DNA of 64,000 nucleotides from Alphaproteobacteria bacterium. Its GTDB lineage: Bacteria; Pseudomonadota; Alphaproteobacteria; MPNO01. Position 1 is the first letter of the stretch. Each line of letters opens with the position of its first letter. This document shows positions 63,168 through 64,000 of the stretch, piece after piece. Where the stretch lies: contig CBDAUF010000002.1 in assembly GCA_965200535.1 (NCBI GenBank), positions 403,995-467,994 on the forward strand, written 5' to 3'. The notes under the pieces were generated by a model. That model saw only the letters and a program-made list of their open reading frames with translations. It did not search any database and was not told the origin of the DNA. Made by a program: the position numbers and the translations under genes.

Positions 63168-64000
63168 TGAAACGTTGGAGCGTACTGGCCGCCGCCGGCC
63201 TGCTGGCGGCCGTGGCCGCGGCGCCCGCCGAGGCGCAGAAGCGGCAGATCAAGATGTCGACCATAGCACCGGGCACGTCGATGTATCTCGTGATGACCAC
63301 CTTTGCCAATCTGGTGAACCAGGGGCAGAAGGATTTCGAGATCACCGTCGATGCCACCGGCACGGCGACCAAGCACATGGTCGACGTTGCGCGCGGCTCG
63401 ATCGACATGTCGATGACCGCACCGATTGCCTATCACTGGATGAAAAACGGGACCCGGGTCTACAAGAAGTTGAAGGGCGTCAAGGAACTGGCCAAGAAGC
63501 TGAGGACGGTGTTCTGGTTCCCCGCCGGCGCCTTCCACTACACCGTCTATGAGAACTCCGGAATGAAGACGCTGGCGGACCTCAAGGGCAAGCGCGCCTT
63601 TATCGGTCCGCCGTCCGGCGGCCAGCTCGTGACCGGACTCGCCTTCGTCAAGGCGGTGACCGGGCTTTCGCCGAAGAGCGGCGATTTCAAGAGCGTGAAC
63701 CTCAACTTCATCTCCGCCCTGCAAGCGTTCCAGGATCGCCAGATCGACGTCTACACCATCGCCTGCCTCGATCCCTGCGCGCAGCTCCAGCAGGTCGCGG
63801 CGACCTCCAAGATCCGGTTCCTCGGCCTGCCGAACGCGGCCGACCTCGACAAGACGCCGGCGCTCAAGAAATTCTTCAGCCCGCTCGGCCGGATCAAGGG
63901 CGTCATCAAGAAGGGCGTCTACGGCTCGGCCCAGGCGAACGAGGCCGATGTCCACAGCAACGGCGCGATTCTCGGCGTCACGGCGCGCGAGGGCCTCGAC
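63164..64000 (+). CDS. TAXI-family TRAP solute-binding protein (3' end lies outside the window)
   Basis: Hand-translated, as it is absent from the track: MMKRWSVLAAAGLLAAVAAAPAEA|QKRQIKMSTIAPGTSMYLVMTTFANLV... The frame is open to the window end. Its start overlaps the permease stop (ATGATGA). Confidence 0.7.
   Translation, partial: MMKRWSVLAAAGLLAAVAAAPAEAQKRQIKMSTIAPGTSMYLVMTTFANLVNQGQKDFEITVDATGTATKHMVDVARGSIDMSMTAPIAYHWMKNGTRVYKKLKGVKELAKKLRTVFWFPAGAFHYTVYENSGMKTLADLKGKRAFIGPPSGGQLVTGLAFVKAVTGLSPKSGDFKSVNLNFISALQAFQDRQIDVYTIACLDPCAQLQQVAATSKIRFLGLPNAADLDKTPALKKFFSPLGRIKGVIKKGVYGSAQANEADVHSNGAILGVTAREGLD

Overview
This window is high-GC chromosomal DNA, judged by eye, with alphaproteobacterial gene order. 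I recognised no rRNA, tRNA, CRISPR array, transposase, integrase or transcription factor anywhere in it.

(1) 1-12.9 kb holds housekeeping genes. In order they are an MFS fragment, an EamA/DMT transporter, a MetE-like methyltransferase, ahcY, tsaE, amgK-like and murU-like genes, addB, addA and trxA, followed by a small zf-CHCC protein on the minus strand.

(2) 13.1-13.7 kb is an unusually long intergenic region. It carries a perfect consensus parS site inside a 22-bp palindrome and a near-consensus sigma70 promoter.

(3) 13.7-29.3 kb is the complete str/S10/spc ribosomal super-operon: rpsL-rpsG-fusA-tuf-rpsJ ... rplO-secY-adk. The tuf gene has a codon style sharply different from all of its neighbours.

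(4) After adk the expected rpsM-rpsK-rpoA-rplQ genes are absent. A roughly 35-kb accessory region follows instead:
- a bicupin, a DapA-family enzyme and a DctPQM-type TRAP module;
- a divergent 16-kb enzyme and efflux cluster. The minus strand carries HlyD, a DHA2-type MFS pump, a Cys-rich unknown, an SDR, an EntE-like aryl-AMP ligase and an amidohydrolase_2. The plus strand carries two TauD genes, PhyH, an alpha/beta hydrolase, Gfo/Idh/MocA and a DegT aminotransferase. A molybdopterin oxidoreductase and an IPNS-like oxygenase flank it;
- a 1,882-aa autotransporter with an FN3/cadherin/Calx-like passenger, preceded by a 15-unit AGCCG pentanucleotide tract;
- GST, a TPR protein, an alkyl sulfatase and a TAXI-type TRAP system.

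The candidates most worth follow-up are the carrier-less, oxygenase-rich enzyme/efflux cluster, the microsatellite in front of the autotransporter, the parS site and the tuf codon mosaic.
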